A DNA stretch of 64,000 nucleotides. Origin: Eledone cirrhosa. Its lineage: Eukaryota. Shown here piece after piece: positions 26,936 to 41,300 of the stretch. Numbering within the stretch: the stretch's first letter is position 1; every line of letters begins with the position of its first letter. The DNA is taken from the NCBI GenBank assembly GCA_964016885.1, contig OZ024741.1, positions 245,768,001-245,832,000 on the forward strand, given 5' to 3'. The translations under genes were made by a program, and so were the position numbers. The notes beneath the pieces were generated by a model. The model did not search any database. It was not told the origin of the DNA and was given only the letters and a program-made list of their open reading frames with translations.

Positions 26936-29900
26936 TTTTTTACAAATTATCTCCCCCTGATTTTTTTTTTACAAATTATCTCCCCCTGATTTTTTTTTAG
27001 AAATTATCTACCCCTGATTTTTTTTTACAAATTATCTCCCCCTGATTTTTTTTTACAAATTATCTACCCCTGATTTTTTTTACAAATTATCTCCCCCTGA
27101 TTTTTTTTACAAATTATCTCCCCCTGATTTTTTTTTTACAAATTATCTCCCCCTGATTTTTTTTACAAATTATCTCCGCCGGATTTTTTTAAATATTATC
27201 TTCCCTTGGCTTGCGGGAAATTATCTCCCCTTGGACGGCTGAAAATTATCTCCCCTTGGACGGCTGGAAATTATCTCCCCTTGATTTTTTTTACAAATTA
27301 TCTCCCCCTGATTTTTTTTTACAAATTATCTCCCCCTGATTTTTTTTACAAATTATCTCCCCCTGATTTTTTTTTACAAATTATCTCCCCCTGATTTTTT
27401 TTACAAATTATCTCCCCCTGATTTTTTTTACAAATTATCTCCCCCTGATTTTTTTTTACAAATTATCTCCCCCTGATTTTTTTACAAATTATCTCCCCCT
27501 GATTTTTTTTACAAATTATCCGCCTGATTTTTTAAAATATTATCTCCCCTTGGACGGCTGGAAATTATCTGCCCTTGATTTTCTTTTTACAAATTAACTT
27601 CCACTGATTTTTTTTACAAATTATCTCCACCTGATTTTTTTAAAAATTATCTCCCCTTGGAAGGCTGGAAATTATCTCCCCTTGGCTGGAAATTATCTCC
27701 CCTTGGACGGCTAGAAATTATCTCTCTTTGGACGGCTGGAAATTATCACCCCTTGAGTTTTTTACAAATTATCTCCCCCTGATTTTTTTTACAAATCTCC
27801 CAGTGATTTTTAAAAAAAAATTATCTTCCCTTCGCTGGCTGGAAATTATCTCCCCTTGGACGCTGGAAATTATAGCCCCTTGGAGGGCTGGAAATTATCT
27901 TCCCTTGGACGGCTGGAAATTATCTCCCCTTGATTTTTTTTACAAATTATCTCCCCCTGATTTTTTTTTATAAATTATCTCCCCCTGATTTTTTTTTACA
28001 ACTTATCTGCGCCTGATTTTTTTAAAAAAATTATCTCCCCTTGGACGGCTGGAAATTATCTCCCCTTGGACGGCTGGAAATTATCTCTCCTTGGACGGCT
28101 AGAATTTACCTCTCCTTGGACGGCTGAAAATTATCTCCCCTTGGACGGCTGGAAATTATCTCCCCTTGATTTTTTTTTCAAATTATCTCCCCCTGATTTT
28201 TTTTTACAAATTATCTCCCCCTGATTTTTTTTTACAAATTATCTCCCCCTGATTTTTTTTTACAAATTATCTCCCCCTGATTTTTTTTACAAATTATCTC
28301 CCCCTGATTTTTTTACAAATTATCTCCCCTTGGCTGGCTGGAAATTATCTCCCCTTGGAGGCTGGAACTTATCTCCCCTTGGACGGCTAGAAATTACCTC
28401 TCCTTGGACGGCTGGAAAATATGTCTCCTTGGACGGCTGGATATTATCTCACCTTGGACGGCTGGAAATTATCTCCCCTTGGACGGCTGGAAATTATCTC
28501 CCCTTGGATGGCTAGATATTACCTCCCCTTGGACGGCTGGAAATTATCTCCCCTTGATTTTTTTTACAAATTATCTCCCCCTGATTTTTTTTTACAAATT
28601 ATCTCCCCCTGATTTTTTTTAAAAAATTATCTCCCCCTGATTTTTGTTTACAAATTATCTCCGCCTGATTTTTTTTAAAAAATTATCTCCCCTTGGACGG
28701 CTGGAAATTATCTCCCCTTGGACGGCTGGAAATTATATCTCCTTGGACGGCTAGAATTTACCTCTCCTTGGACGGCTAAAAATTATCTCCCCTTGGACGG
28801 CTGGAAATTATCTCCCCTTGATTTTTTTTACAAATTATCTCCCCCTGATTTTTTTTTACAAATTATCTCCCCCTGATTTTTTTTTACAAATTATCTCCCC
28901 CTGATTTTTTTTTACAAATTATCTCCCCTGATTTTTTTACAAATTATCTCCCCTTGGCTGGCTGGAAATTATCTCCCCTTGGAGGCTGGAACTTATCTCC
29001 CCTTGGACGGCTAGAAATTACCTCTCCTTGGACGGCTGGAAAATATGTCTCCTTGGACGGCTGGATATTATCTCCCCTTGGACGGCTGGAAATTATCTCC
29101 CCTTGGACGGCTGGAAATTATCTCCCCTTGGATGGCTAGATATTACCTCCCCTTGGACGGCTGGAAATTATCTCCCCTTGATTTTTTTTACAAATTATCT
29201 CCCCCTGATTTTTTTTTACAAATTATCTCCCCCTGATTTTTTTTTACAAATTATCTCCCCCTGATTTTTTTTAAAATTATTTCCCCTTGGACCGCTGGAA
29301 ATTATCTCCCCTTGGACGGCTAGAAATTACCTCTCCTTGGACGGCTGAAAATTATCTCCCCTTGGACGGCTGGAAATTATCTCCCCTTGATTTTTTTTAC
29401 AAATTATCTCCCCCTGATTTTTTTTTACAAATTATCTCCCCCTGATTTTTTTTACAAATTATCTCCCCCTGATTTTTTTTACAAATTATCTCCCCCTGAT
29501 TTTTTTTACAAATTATCTCCCCCTGATTTTTTTTACAAATTATCTCCCCCTGATTTTTTTACAAATTATCTCCCCCTGATTTTTTTTACAAATTATCTCC
29601 GCCTGATTTTTTAAAATATTATCTTCCCTTGGCTGGCGGGAAATTATCTCCCCTTGGACGGCTGGAAATTATCTGCCCTTGATTTTCTTTTTACAAATTA
29701 ACTTCCACTGATTTTTTTTACAAATTATCTCCACCTGATTTTTTAAAAAATTATCTCCCCTTGCAAGGCTGGAAATTATCTCCCCTTGGCTGGAAATTAT
29801 CTCCCCTTGGACGGCTAGAAATTATCTCTCTTTGGACGGCTGGAAATTATCACCCCTTGAGTTTTTTACAAATTATCTCCCCCTGATTTTTTTTACAAAT

Positions 29901-30809
29901 CTCCCAGTGATTTTTAAAAAAAAATTATCTTCCCTTCGCTGGCTGGAAATTATCTCCCCTTGGACGCTGGAAATTATAGCCCCTTGGAGGGCTGGAAATT
30001 ATCTTCCCTTGGACGGCTGGAAATTATCTCCCCTTGATTTGTTTTACAAATTATCTCCCCCTGATTTTTTTTTACAAATTATCTCCCCCTGATTTTTTTT
30101 TACAACTTATCTGCGCCTGATTTTTTTAAAAAAATTATCTCCCCTTGGACGGCTGGAAATTATCTCTCCTTGGACGGCTAGAATTTACCTCTCCTTGGAC
30201 GGCTGAAAATTATCTCCCCTTGGACGGCTGGAAATTATCTCCCCTTGATTTTTTTTACAAATTATCTCCCCCTGATTTTTTTTTACAAATTATCTCCCCC
30301 TGATTTTTTTTTACAAATTATCTCCCCCTGATTTTTTTTACAAATTATCTCCCTCTGATTTTTTTTACAAATTATCTCCCCCTGATTTTTTTTTACAAAT
30401 TATCTCCCCCTGATTTTTTTTTTACAAATTATCTCCGCCTGATTTTTTTTTAAAAATTACCTCCCCTTGGACGGCTGGAAATTATCTCCCCTTGGACGGC
30501 TGGAAATTATCTCCCCTTGGACGGCTAGAAATTATCTCTCCTTGGACGGCTGAAAATTATCTCCCCTTGGACGGCTGCAAATTATCTCCCCTTGATTTTT
30601 TTTACAAATTATCTCCCCCTGATTTTTTTTACAAATTATCTCCCCCTGATTTTTTTTACAAATTATCTACCCCTGATTTTTTTTACAAATTATCTCCCCC
30701 TGATTTTTTTTTACAAATTATCTCCCCCTGATTTTTTTTTACAAATTATCTCCCCCTGATTTTTTTTTTACAAATTATCTCCCCCTGATTTTTTTACAAA
30801 GTATCTCCG

Positions 30810-33800
30810 CCTGATTTTTTTAAAAATTATCTTCCCTTGGCTGGCGGGAAATTATCTCCCCTTGGACGGCTGGAAATTATCTCCCCTTGGAAGGATGGAA
30901 ATTATCTCCCCTTGGACGGCTGGAAATTATCTCCCCTTGCACGGCTGGAAATTATCTCCCCTTGGACGGCTAGTAATTATCTCTCTTTGGACGGCTGGAA
31001 ATTATCTCCCTTTGATTTTTTTTACAAATTATCTCCCTCTGATTTTTTTTACGAATCTCCCCCTGATTTTTTAAAAAAAATTATCTCCCCTTCGCTGGCT
31101 GGAAATTATCTCCCCTTGGACACTGGAAATTATAGCCCCTTGGAGGGCTAGAAATTATCTTCCCTTGGACGGCTGGAAATTATCTCCCCCTGATTTTTTT
31201 TACAAATTATCTCCGCCTTATTTTTTTAAAAAGTTATCTCTCCTTGGACGGCTGGAAATTATCTCCCCTTGATTTTTTTTACAAATAATCTCCCCCTGAT
31301 TTTTTTTTACAAATTATCTCCCCCTGATTTTTTTTTACAAATTATCTACCCCTGATTTTTTTTTACAAATTATCTCCCCCTGATTTTTGTTACAAATTAT
31401 CTCCCCCTGATTTTTCTTTTACAAATTATCTCCCCCTGATTTTTTTTACAAATTATCTCCGCCTGATTTTTTTAAATATTATCTTCCCTTGGCTGGCGGG
31501 AAATTATCTCCCCTTGGATGGCTGGAAATTATCTGCCCTTGATTTTCTTTTTACAAATTATCTTCCACTGATTTTTTTTACAAATTATCTCCACCTGATT
31601 TTTTAAAAAATTATCTCCCCTTGGAAGGCTGGAAATTATCTCCCCTTGGCTGGAAATTATCTCCCCTTGGACGGCTAGAAATTATCTCTCTTTGTACGGC
31701 TGGAAATTATCACCCCTTGAGTTTTTTACAAATTATCTCCCCCTGATTTTTTTTACAAATCTCCCAGTGTTTTTTAAAAAAAATTATCTCCCCTTCGCTG
31801 GCTGGAAATTATCTCCACTTGGACGCTGGAAATTATAGCCCCTTGGAGGGCTGGAAATTATCTTCCCTTGGACGGCTGGAAATTATCTCCCCTTGATTCT
31901 TTTTACAAATTATCTCCCCCTGATTTTTTTTTACAAATTATCTCCCCCTGATTTTTTTTACAACTTATCTGCGCCTGATTTTTTTAAAAAAATTATCTTC
32001 CCTTGGACGGCTGGAAATTATCTCCCCTTGGACGGCTGGAAATTATCTCTCCTTGGACGGCTAGAATTTACCTCTCCTTGGACGGCTGAAAATTATCTCC
32101 CCTTGGACGGCTGGAAATTATCTCCCCTTGATTTTTTTTACAAATTATCTCCCCCTGATTTTTTTTTACAAATTATCTGCCCCTGATTTTTTTTTACAAA
32201 TTATCTCCCCCTGATTTTTTTTTAAAAATTATCTCCCCCTGATTTTTTTTACAAATTATCTCCCCCTGATTTTTTTACAAATTATCTCCCCTTGGCTGGC
32301 TGGAAATTATCTCCCCTTGGAGGCTGGAACTTATGTCCCCTTGGACGGCTAGAAATTACCTCTCCTTGGACGGCTGGAAAATATGTCTCCTTGGACGGCT
32401 GGATATTATCTCCCCTTGGACGGCTGGAAATTATCTCCCCTTGGACGGCTGGAAATTATCTCCCCTTGGATGGCTAGATATTACCTCCCCTTAGACGGAT
32501 GGAAATTATCTCCCCTTGATTTTTTTTACAAATTATCTCCCCCTGATTTTTTTTTACAAATTATCTCCCCCTGATTTTTTTTTACAAATTTTCTCCCCCT
32601 GATTTTTGTTTACAAATTATCTCCGCCTGATTTTTTTAAAAAAATTATCTCCCCTTGGACGGCTGGAAATTATCTCCCCTTGGACGGCTAGAAATTACCT
32701 CTCCTTGGACGGCTGAAAATTATCTCACCTTGGACGGCTGGAAATTATCTCCCCTTGATTTTTTTACAAATAATCTCCCCCTGATTTTTTTTTACAAATT
32801 ATCTCCCCCTGATTTTTTTTTTACAAATTATCTCCCCCTGATTTTTTTTTACAAATTATCTACCCCTGATTTTTTTTACAAATTATCTCCCCCTGATTTT
32901 TTTTACAAATTATCTCCCCCTGATTTTTTTACAAATTATCTCCCCCTGATTTTTTTTACAAATTATCTCCGCCTGATTTTTTTAAATATTATCTTCCCTT
33001 GGCTGGCGGGAAATTATCTCCCCTTGGACGGCTGAAAATTATCTCCCCTTGGACGGCTGGAAATTATCTCCCCTTGATTTTTTTTACAAATTATCTCCCC
33101 CTGATTTTTTTTTACAAATTATCTCCCCCTGATTTTTTTACAAATTATCTCCCCCTGATTTTTTTTTACAAATTATCTCCCCCTGATTTTTTTTACAAAT
33201 TATCTCCCTCTGATTTTTTTACAAATTATCTCCCCCTGATTTTTTTTTTACAAATTATCTCCCCCTGATTTTTTTTTACAAATTATCTCCCCCTGATTTT
33301 TTTTTACAAATTATCTCCCCCTGATTTTTTTTACAAATTATCTCCCCCCTGATTTTTTTACAAATTATCTCCCCTTGGCTGGCTGGAAATTATCTCCCCT
33401 TGGAGGCTGGAACTTATCTCCCCTTGGACGGCTAGAAATTACCTCTCCTTGGACGGCTGGAAAATATGTCTCCTTGGACGGCTGGATATTATCTCCCCTT
33501 GGACGGCTGGAAATTATCTCCCCTTGGACGGCTGGAAATTATCTCCCATTGGATGGCTAGATATTACCTCCCCTTGGACGGCTGGAAATTATCTCCCCTT
33601 GATCTTTTTACAAATTATCTCCCCCTGATTTTTTTTTTACAAATTATCTCCCCCTGATTTTTTTTTACAAATTATCTACCCCTGATTTTTTTTTACAAAT
33701 TATCTCCCCCTGATTTTTTTTACAAATTATCTCCCCCTGATTTTTTTTTTACAAATTATCTCCCCCTGATTTTTTTACAAATTATCTCCCACTGATTTTT

Positions 33801-34060
33801 TTTACAAATTATCTCCGCCTGATTTTTTAAATATTATCTCTCCTTGGCTGGCGGGAAATTATCTCCCTTGGACGGCTGGAAATTATCTCCCCTTGGAAGG
33901 ATGGAAATTATCTCCCCTTGGACGGCTGGAAATTATCTACCCCTGATTTTTTTTACAAATTATCTCCCCCTGATTTTTTTTACAAATTATCTCCCCCTGA
34001 TTTTTTTTACAAATTATCTACCCCTGATTTTTTTTACAAATTATCTCCCCCTGATTTTTT
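30810..34060 (+). repeat. Third, slightly more diverged copy of the ~3.2-kb block at ~2880-6070 / ~49080-52220
   Basis: 2904/30837, 4360/32292 and 5067/32999 are offset by ~27932. Shared markers TACGAATCTCC, AAAAAGTTATC, TTTTTGTTAC, CCCATTGGATGG and TTGATCTTTT. Confidence 0.85.
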
Positions 34061-35365
34061 TTACAAATTATCTCCCCATGATTTTTCTTTTACAAATTAT
34101 CTCCCCCTGATTTTTTTACAAATTATCTCCCCCTGATTTTTTTTACAAATTATCTCCGCCTGATTTTTTTAAATATTATCCTCCCTTGGCTGGCGGGAAA
34201 TTATCTCCCCTTGGACGGCTGAAAATTATCTCCCCTTGGACGGCTGGAAATTATCTCCCCTTGATTTTTTTTACAAATTATCTCCCCCTGATTTTTTTTT
34301 ACAAATTATCTCCCCCTGATTTTTTTTACAAATTATCTCCCCCTGATTTTTTTTTACAAATTATCTCCCCCTGATTTTTTTACAAATTATCTCCCCCTGA
34401 TTTTTTTTACAAATTATCTCCGCCTGATTTTTTAAAATATTATCTTCCCTTGGCTGGCGGGAAATTATCTCCCCTTGGACGGCTGGAAATTATCTGCCCT
34501 TGATTTTCTTTTTACAAATTATCTTCCACTGATTTTTTTTACAAATTATCTCCACCTGATTTTTTTAAAAATTATCTCCCCTTCGCTGGCTGGAAATTAT
34601 CTCCCCTTGGACGCTGGAAATTATAGCCCCTTGGAGGGCTGGAAATTATCTTCCCTTGGACGGCTGGAAATTATCTCCCCTTGATTTTTTTTACAAATTA
34701 TCTCCCCCTGATTTTTTTTTACAAATTATCTACCCCTGATTTTTTTTTACAACTTATCTGCGCCTGATTTTTTTAAAAAAATTATCTTCCCTTGGACGGC
34801 TGGAAATTATCTCCCCTTGGACGGCTGGAAATTATTTCTCCTTGGACGGCTAGAATTTACCTCTCCTTGGACGGCTGAAAATTATCTCCCCTTGGACGGC
34901 TGGAAATTATCTCCCCTTGATTTTTTTTACAAATTATCTCCCCCTGATTTTTTTTTACAAATTATCTCCCCCTGATTTTTTTTTACAAATTATCTCCCCC
35001 TGATTTTTTTTTACAAATTATCTCCCCATGATTTTTTTTACAAATTATCTCCCCCTGATTTTTTTACAAATTATCTCCCCTTGGCTGGCTGGAAATTATC
35101 TCCCCTTGGAGGCTGGAACTTATGTCCCCTTGGACGGCTAGAAATTACCTCTCCTTGGACGGCTGGAAAATATGTCTCCTTGGACGGCTGGATATTATCT
35201 CCCCTTGGACGGCTGGAAATTATCTCCCCTTGGACGGCTGGAAATTATCTCCCCTTGGATGGCTAGATATTACCTCCCCTTGGGCGGCTGGAAATTATCT
35301 CCCCTTGATTTTTTTTACAAATTATCTCCCCCTGATTTTTTTTTACAAATTATCTCCCCGATTTT
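33030..35365 (+). repeat. Dispersed ~2.3-2.5-kb duplication, partner at ~39740-42250
   Basis: Landmarks 33375/40083, 34186/40897, 35081/41966. Shared markers CCCCATGA, ATTATTTCTCC and TGGGCGGCTG (35281/42166). Confidence 0.85.
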
Positions 35366-38300
35366 TTTTTACAAATTATCTACCCCTGATTTTTTTTTAC
35401 AAATTATCTCCCCTTGGAAGGCTGGAAATTATCTCCCCTTCGCTGGCTGGAAATTATCTCCCCTTGGACGCTGGAAATTATAGCCCCTTGGACGGCTAGA
35501 AATTATCTCTCTTTGGACGGCTGGAAATTATCACCCCTTCAGTTTTTTACAAATTATCTCCCCCTGATTTTTTTTACAAATTATCTCCCCCTGATTTTTT
35601 TTTACAAATTATCTCCCCCTGATTTTTTTTACAAATTATCTCCCCCTGATTTTTTTACAAATTATCTCCCCTTGGCTGGCTGGAAATTACCTCCCCTTGT
35701 AGGCTGGAATTTATCTCCTCTTGGACGGCTAGAAATTACCTCTCCTTGGACGGCTGGAAAATATGTCTCCTTGGACGGCTGGATATTATCTCCCCTTGGA
35801 CGGCTGGAAATTATCTCCCCTTGGACGGCTGGAAATTATCTCCCCTTGGACGGATAGATATTACCTCCCCTTGGACGGCTGGAAATTATCTCCCCTTGAT
35901 TTTTTTTTACAATTATCTCCCCCTGATTTTTTTTACAAATCTCCCAATGATTTTTAAAAAAAAATTGTCTCCCCTTCGCTGGCTGGAAATTATTTCCCCT
36001 TGGACGCTGGAAATTATAGCCCCTTGGAGGGCTGGAAATTATCTTCCCTTGGACGGCTGGAAATTATCTCCCCTTGATTTTTTTTACAAATTATCTCCCC
36101 CTGATTTTTTTTTACAAATTATCTCCCCCTGATTTTTTTTTTACAAATTATCTCCGCCTGATTTTTTTTAAAAATTACCTGCCCTTGGAGGGCTGGAAAT
36201 TATCTCCCCTTGGACGGCTGGAAATTATCTCCCCTTGGACGGCTAGAAATTATCTCTCCTTGGACGGCTGAAAATTATCTCCCCTTGGACGGCTGCAAAT
36301 TATCTCCCCTTGATTTTTTTTACAAATTATCTCCCCCTGATTTTTTTTACAAATTATCTCCCCCTGATTTTTTTTACAAATTATCTACCCCTGATTTTTT
36401 TTACAAATTATCTCCCCCTGATTTTTTTTTACAAATTATCTCCCCCTGATTTTTTTTTACAAATTATCTCCCCCTGATTTTTTTTTTACAAATTATCTCC
36501 CCCTGATTTTTTTACAAAGTATCTCCCCCTGATTTTTTTACAATCTCCGCCTGATTTTTTTAAAAATTATCTTCCCTTGGCTGGCGGGAAATTATCTCCC
36601 CTTGGACGGCTGGAAATTATCTCCCCTTGGAAGGATGGAAATTATCTCCCCTTGGACGGCTGGAAATTATCTCCCCTTGCACGGCTGGAAATTATCTCCC
36701 CTTGGACGGCTAGAAATTATCTCTCTTTGGACGGCTGGAAATTATCTCCCTTTGATTTTTTTTACAAATTATCTCCCTCTGATTTTTTCTACAAATCTCC
36801 CCCTGATTTTTTTAAAAAAATTATCTCCCCTTCGCTGGCTGGAAATTATCTCCCCTTGGACACTGGAAATTATAGCCCCTTGGAGGGCTGGAAATTATCT
36901 TCCCTTGGACGGCTGGAAATTATCTACCCCTGATTTTTTTTACAAATTATCTCCACCTTATTTTTTTTAAAAATTATCTCTCCTTGGACGGCTGGAAATT
37001 ATCTCCCCTTGATTTTTTTTACAAATAATCTCCCCCTGATTTGTTTTTACAAATTATCTCCCCCTGATTTTTTTTTACAAATTATCTACCCCTGATTTTT
37101 TTTTACAAATTATCTCCCCCTGATTTTTTTTACAAATTATCTCCCCCTGATTTTTCTTTTACAAATTATCTCCCCCTGATTTTTTTTACAAATTATCTCC
37201 GCCTGATTTTTTTAAATATTATCTTCCCTTGGCTGGCGGGAAATTATCTCCCCTTGGACGGCTGGAAATTATCTGCCCTTGATTTTCTTTTTACAAATTA
37301 TCTTCCACTGATTTTTTTTACAAATTATCTCCACCTGATTTTTTAAAAAATTATCTCCCCTTGGAAGGCTGGAAATTATCTCCCCTTGGCTGGAAATTAT
37401 CTCCCCTTGGACGGCTAGAAATTATCTCTCTTTGTACGGCTGGAAATTATCACCCCTTGAGTTTTTTACAAATTATCTCCCCCTGATTTTTTTTACAAAT
37501 CTCCCAGTGTTTTTTAAAAAAAATTATCTCCCCTTCGCTGGCTGGAAATTATCTCCCCTTGGACGCTGGAAATTATAGCCCCTTGGAGGGCTGGAAATTA
37601 TCTTCTCTTGGACGGCTGGAAATTATCTCCCCTTGATTTTTTTTACAAATTATCTCCCCCTGATTTTTTTTTACAAATTATCTCCTCCTGATTTTTTTTT
37701 ACAACTTATCTGCGCCTGATTTTTTTAAAAAAATTATCTTCCCTTGGACGGCTGGAAATTATCTCCCCCTGATTTTTTTTACAAATTATCTCCACCTGAT
37801 TTTTTTACAAATTATCTCCCCTTGGCTGGCTGGAAATTATCTCCCCTTGGAGGCTGGAACTTATGTCCCCTTGGACGGCTAGAAATTACCTCTCCTTGGA
37901 CGGCTGGAAAATATGTCTCCTTGGACGGCTGGATATTATCTCCCCTTGGACGGCTGGAAATTATCTCCCCTTGGAAGGCTGGAAATTATCTCCCCTTGGA
38001 TGGCTAGATATTACCTCCCCTTGGACGGCTGGAAATTATTTCCCCTTGATTTTTTTACAAATTATCTCCCCCTGATTTTTTTTTACAAATTATCTCCCCC
38101 TGATTTTTTTTTACAAATTATCTCCCCCTGATTTTTGTTTACAAATTATCTCCGCCTGATTTTTTTTAAAAAATTATCTCCCCTTGGACGGCTGGAAATT
38201 ATCTCCCCTTGGACGGCTAGAAATTACCTCTCCTTGGACGGCTGAAAATTATCTCCCCTTGGACGGCTGGAAATTATCTCCCCTTGATTTTTTTACAAAT

Positions 38301-41300
38301 TATCTCCGCCTGATTTTTTTTTTTTACAAATTATCTCCCCCTGATTTTTTTTTTACAAATTATCTCCCCCTGATTTTTTTTTACAAATTATCTCCCCCTG
38401 ATTTTTTTTACAAATTATCTCCCCCTGATTTTTTTTTACAAATTATCTCCCCCTGATTTTTTTACAAATTATCTCCCCCTGATTTTTTTTACAAATTATC
38501 TCCGCCTGATTTTTTTAAATATTATCTTCCCTTGGCTGGCGGGAAATTATCTCCCCTTGGACGGCTGAAAATTATCTCCCCTTGGACGGCTGGAAATTAT
38601 CTCCCCTTGATTTTTTTTACAAATTATCTCCCCCTGATTTTTTTTTACAAATTATCACCCCCTGATTTTTTTACAAATTATCTCCCCCTGATTTTTTTTT
38701 ACAAATTATCTCCCCTTGGCTGGCTGGAAATTATCTCCCCTTGGACGGCTAGAAATTACCTCTCCTTGGACGGCTGGAAAATATGTCTCCTTGGACGGCT
38801 GGATATTATCTCCCCTTGGACGGCTGGAAATCATCTCCCCTTGGACGGCTGGAAATTATCTCCCCTTGGACGGATAGATATTACCTCCCCTTGGACGGCT
38901 GGAAATTATCTCCCCTTGATTTTTTTACAAATTATCTCCCCCTGATTTATTTTACAAATCTCCCAATGATTTTTTAAAAAAAATTATCTCCCCTTCGCTG
39001 GCTGGAAATTATCTCCCCTTGGACGCTGGAAATTATAGCCCCTTGGAGGGCTGGAAATTATCTTCCCTTGGACGGCTGGAAATTATCTCCCCTTGATTTT
39101 TTTTACAAATTATCTCCCCCTGATTTTTTTTACAAATTATCTCCCCCTGATTTTTTTTACAAATTATCTACCCCTGATTTTTTTTACAAATTATTTCCCC
39201 CTGATTTTTTTTACAAATTATCTCCCCCTGATTTTTTTTTACAAATTATCTCCCCCTGATTTTTTTACAAATTATCTCCGCCTGACTTTTTAAAAAATTA
39301 TCTTCCCTTGGCTGGCTGGAAATTATCTCCCCTTGGACACTGGAAATTATAGCCCCTTGGAGGGCTGGAAATTATCTTCCCTTGGACGGCTGGAAATTAT
39401 CTCCCCTTGATTTTTTTTACAAATTATCTCCGCCTGATTTTTTTTTACAAATTATCTCCCCCTGATTTTTTTTTACAAATTATCTACCCCTGATTTTTTT
39501 TTACAAATTATCTCCCCCTGATTTTTTTTACAAATTATCTCCCCCTGATTTTTTTTTACAAATTATCTCCCCCTGATTTTTTTTTACAAATTTTCTCCCC
39601 CTGATTTTTGTTTACAAATTATCTCCGCCTGATTTTTTTAAAAAAATTATCTCCCCTTGGACGGCTGGAAATTATCTCCCCTTGGACGGCTAGAAATTAC
39701 CTCTCCTTGGACGGCTGAAAATTATCTCCCCTTGGACGGCTGAAAATTATCTCCCCTTGGACGGCTGGAAATTATCTCCCCTTGATTTTTTTTACAAATT
39801 ATCTCCCCCTGATTTTTTTTTACAAATTATCTCCCCCTGATTTTTTTACAAATTATCTCCCCCTGATTTTTTTTTACAAATTATCTCCCCCTGATTTTTT
39901 TTACAAATTATCTCCCTCTGATTTTTTTACAAATTATCTCCCCCTGATTTTTTTTTTACAAATTATCTCCCCCTGATTTTTTTTTACAAATTATCTCCCC
40001 CTGATTTTTTTTTACAAATTATCTCCCCCTGATTTTTTTTACAAATTATCTCCCCCCTGATTTTTTTACAAATTATCTCCCCTTGGCTGGCTGGAAATTA
40101 TCTCCCCTTGGAGGCTGGAACTTATCTCCCCTTGGTCGGCTAGAAATTACCTCTCCTTGGACGGCTGGAAAATATGTCTCCTTGGACGGCTGGATATTAT
40201 CTCCCCTTGGACGGCTGGAAATTATCTCCCCTTGGACGGCTGGAAATTATCTCCCATTGGATGGCTAGATATTACCTCCCCTTGGACGGCTGGAAATTAT
40301 CTCCCCTTGATCTTTTTACAAATTATGTCCCCCTGATTTTTTTTTTACAAATTATCTCCCCCTGATTTTTTTTTACAAATTATCTACCCCTGATTTTTTT
40401 TTACAAATTATCTCCCCCTGATTTTTTTTACAAATTATCTCCCCCTGATTTTTTTTTTACAAATTATCTCCCCCTGATTTTTTTACAAATTATCTCCCAC
40501 TGATTTTTTTTACAAATTATCTCCGCCTGATTTTTTTAAATATTATCTCTCCTTGGCTGGCGGGAAATTATCTCCCCTTGGACGGCTGGAAATTATCTCC
40601 CCTTGGAAGGATGGAAATTATCTCCCCTTGGACGGCTGGAAATTATCTACCCCTGATTTTTTTTACAAATTATCTCCCCCTGATTTTTTTTTACAAATTA
40701 TCCCCCCCTGATTTTTTTTACAAATTATCTACCCCTGATTTTTTTTACAAATTATCTCCCCCTGATTTTTTTTACAAATTATCTCCCCATGATTTTTCTT
40801 TTACAAATTATCTCCCCCTGATTTTTTTACAAATTATCTCCCCCTGATTTTTTTTACAAATTATCTCCGCCTGATTTTTTAAAATATTATCTTCCCTTGG
40901 CTGGCGGGAAATTATCTCCCCTTGGACGGCTGAAAATTATCTCCCCTTGGACGGCTGGAAATTATCTCCCCTTGATTTTTTTTACAAATTATCTCCCCCT
41001 GATTTTTTTTTACAAATTATCTCCCCCTGATTTTTTTTACAAATTATCTCCCCCTGATTTTTTTTTACAAATTATCTCCCCCTGATTTTTTTACAAATTA
41101 TCTCCCCCTGATTTTTTTTACAAATTATCTCCGCCTGATTTTTTAAAATATTATCTTCCCTTGGCTGGCGGGAAATTATCTCCCCTTGGACGGCTGGAAA
41201 TTATCTGCCCTTGATTTTCTTTTTACAAATTATCTTCCACTGATTTTTTTTACAAATTATCTCCACCTGATTTTTTTAAAAATTATCTCCCCTTGGAAGG

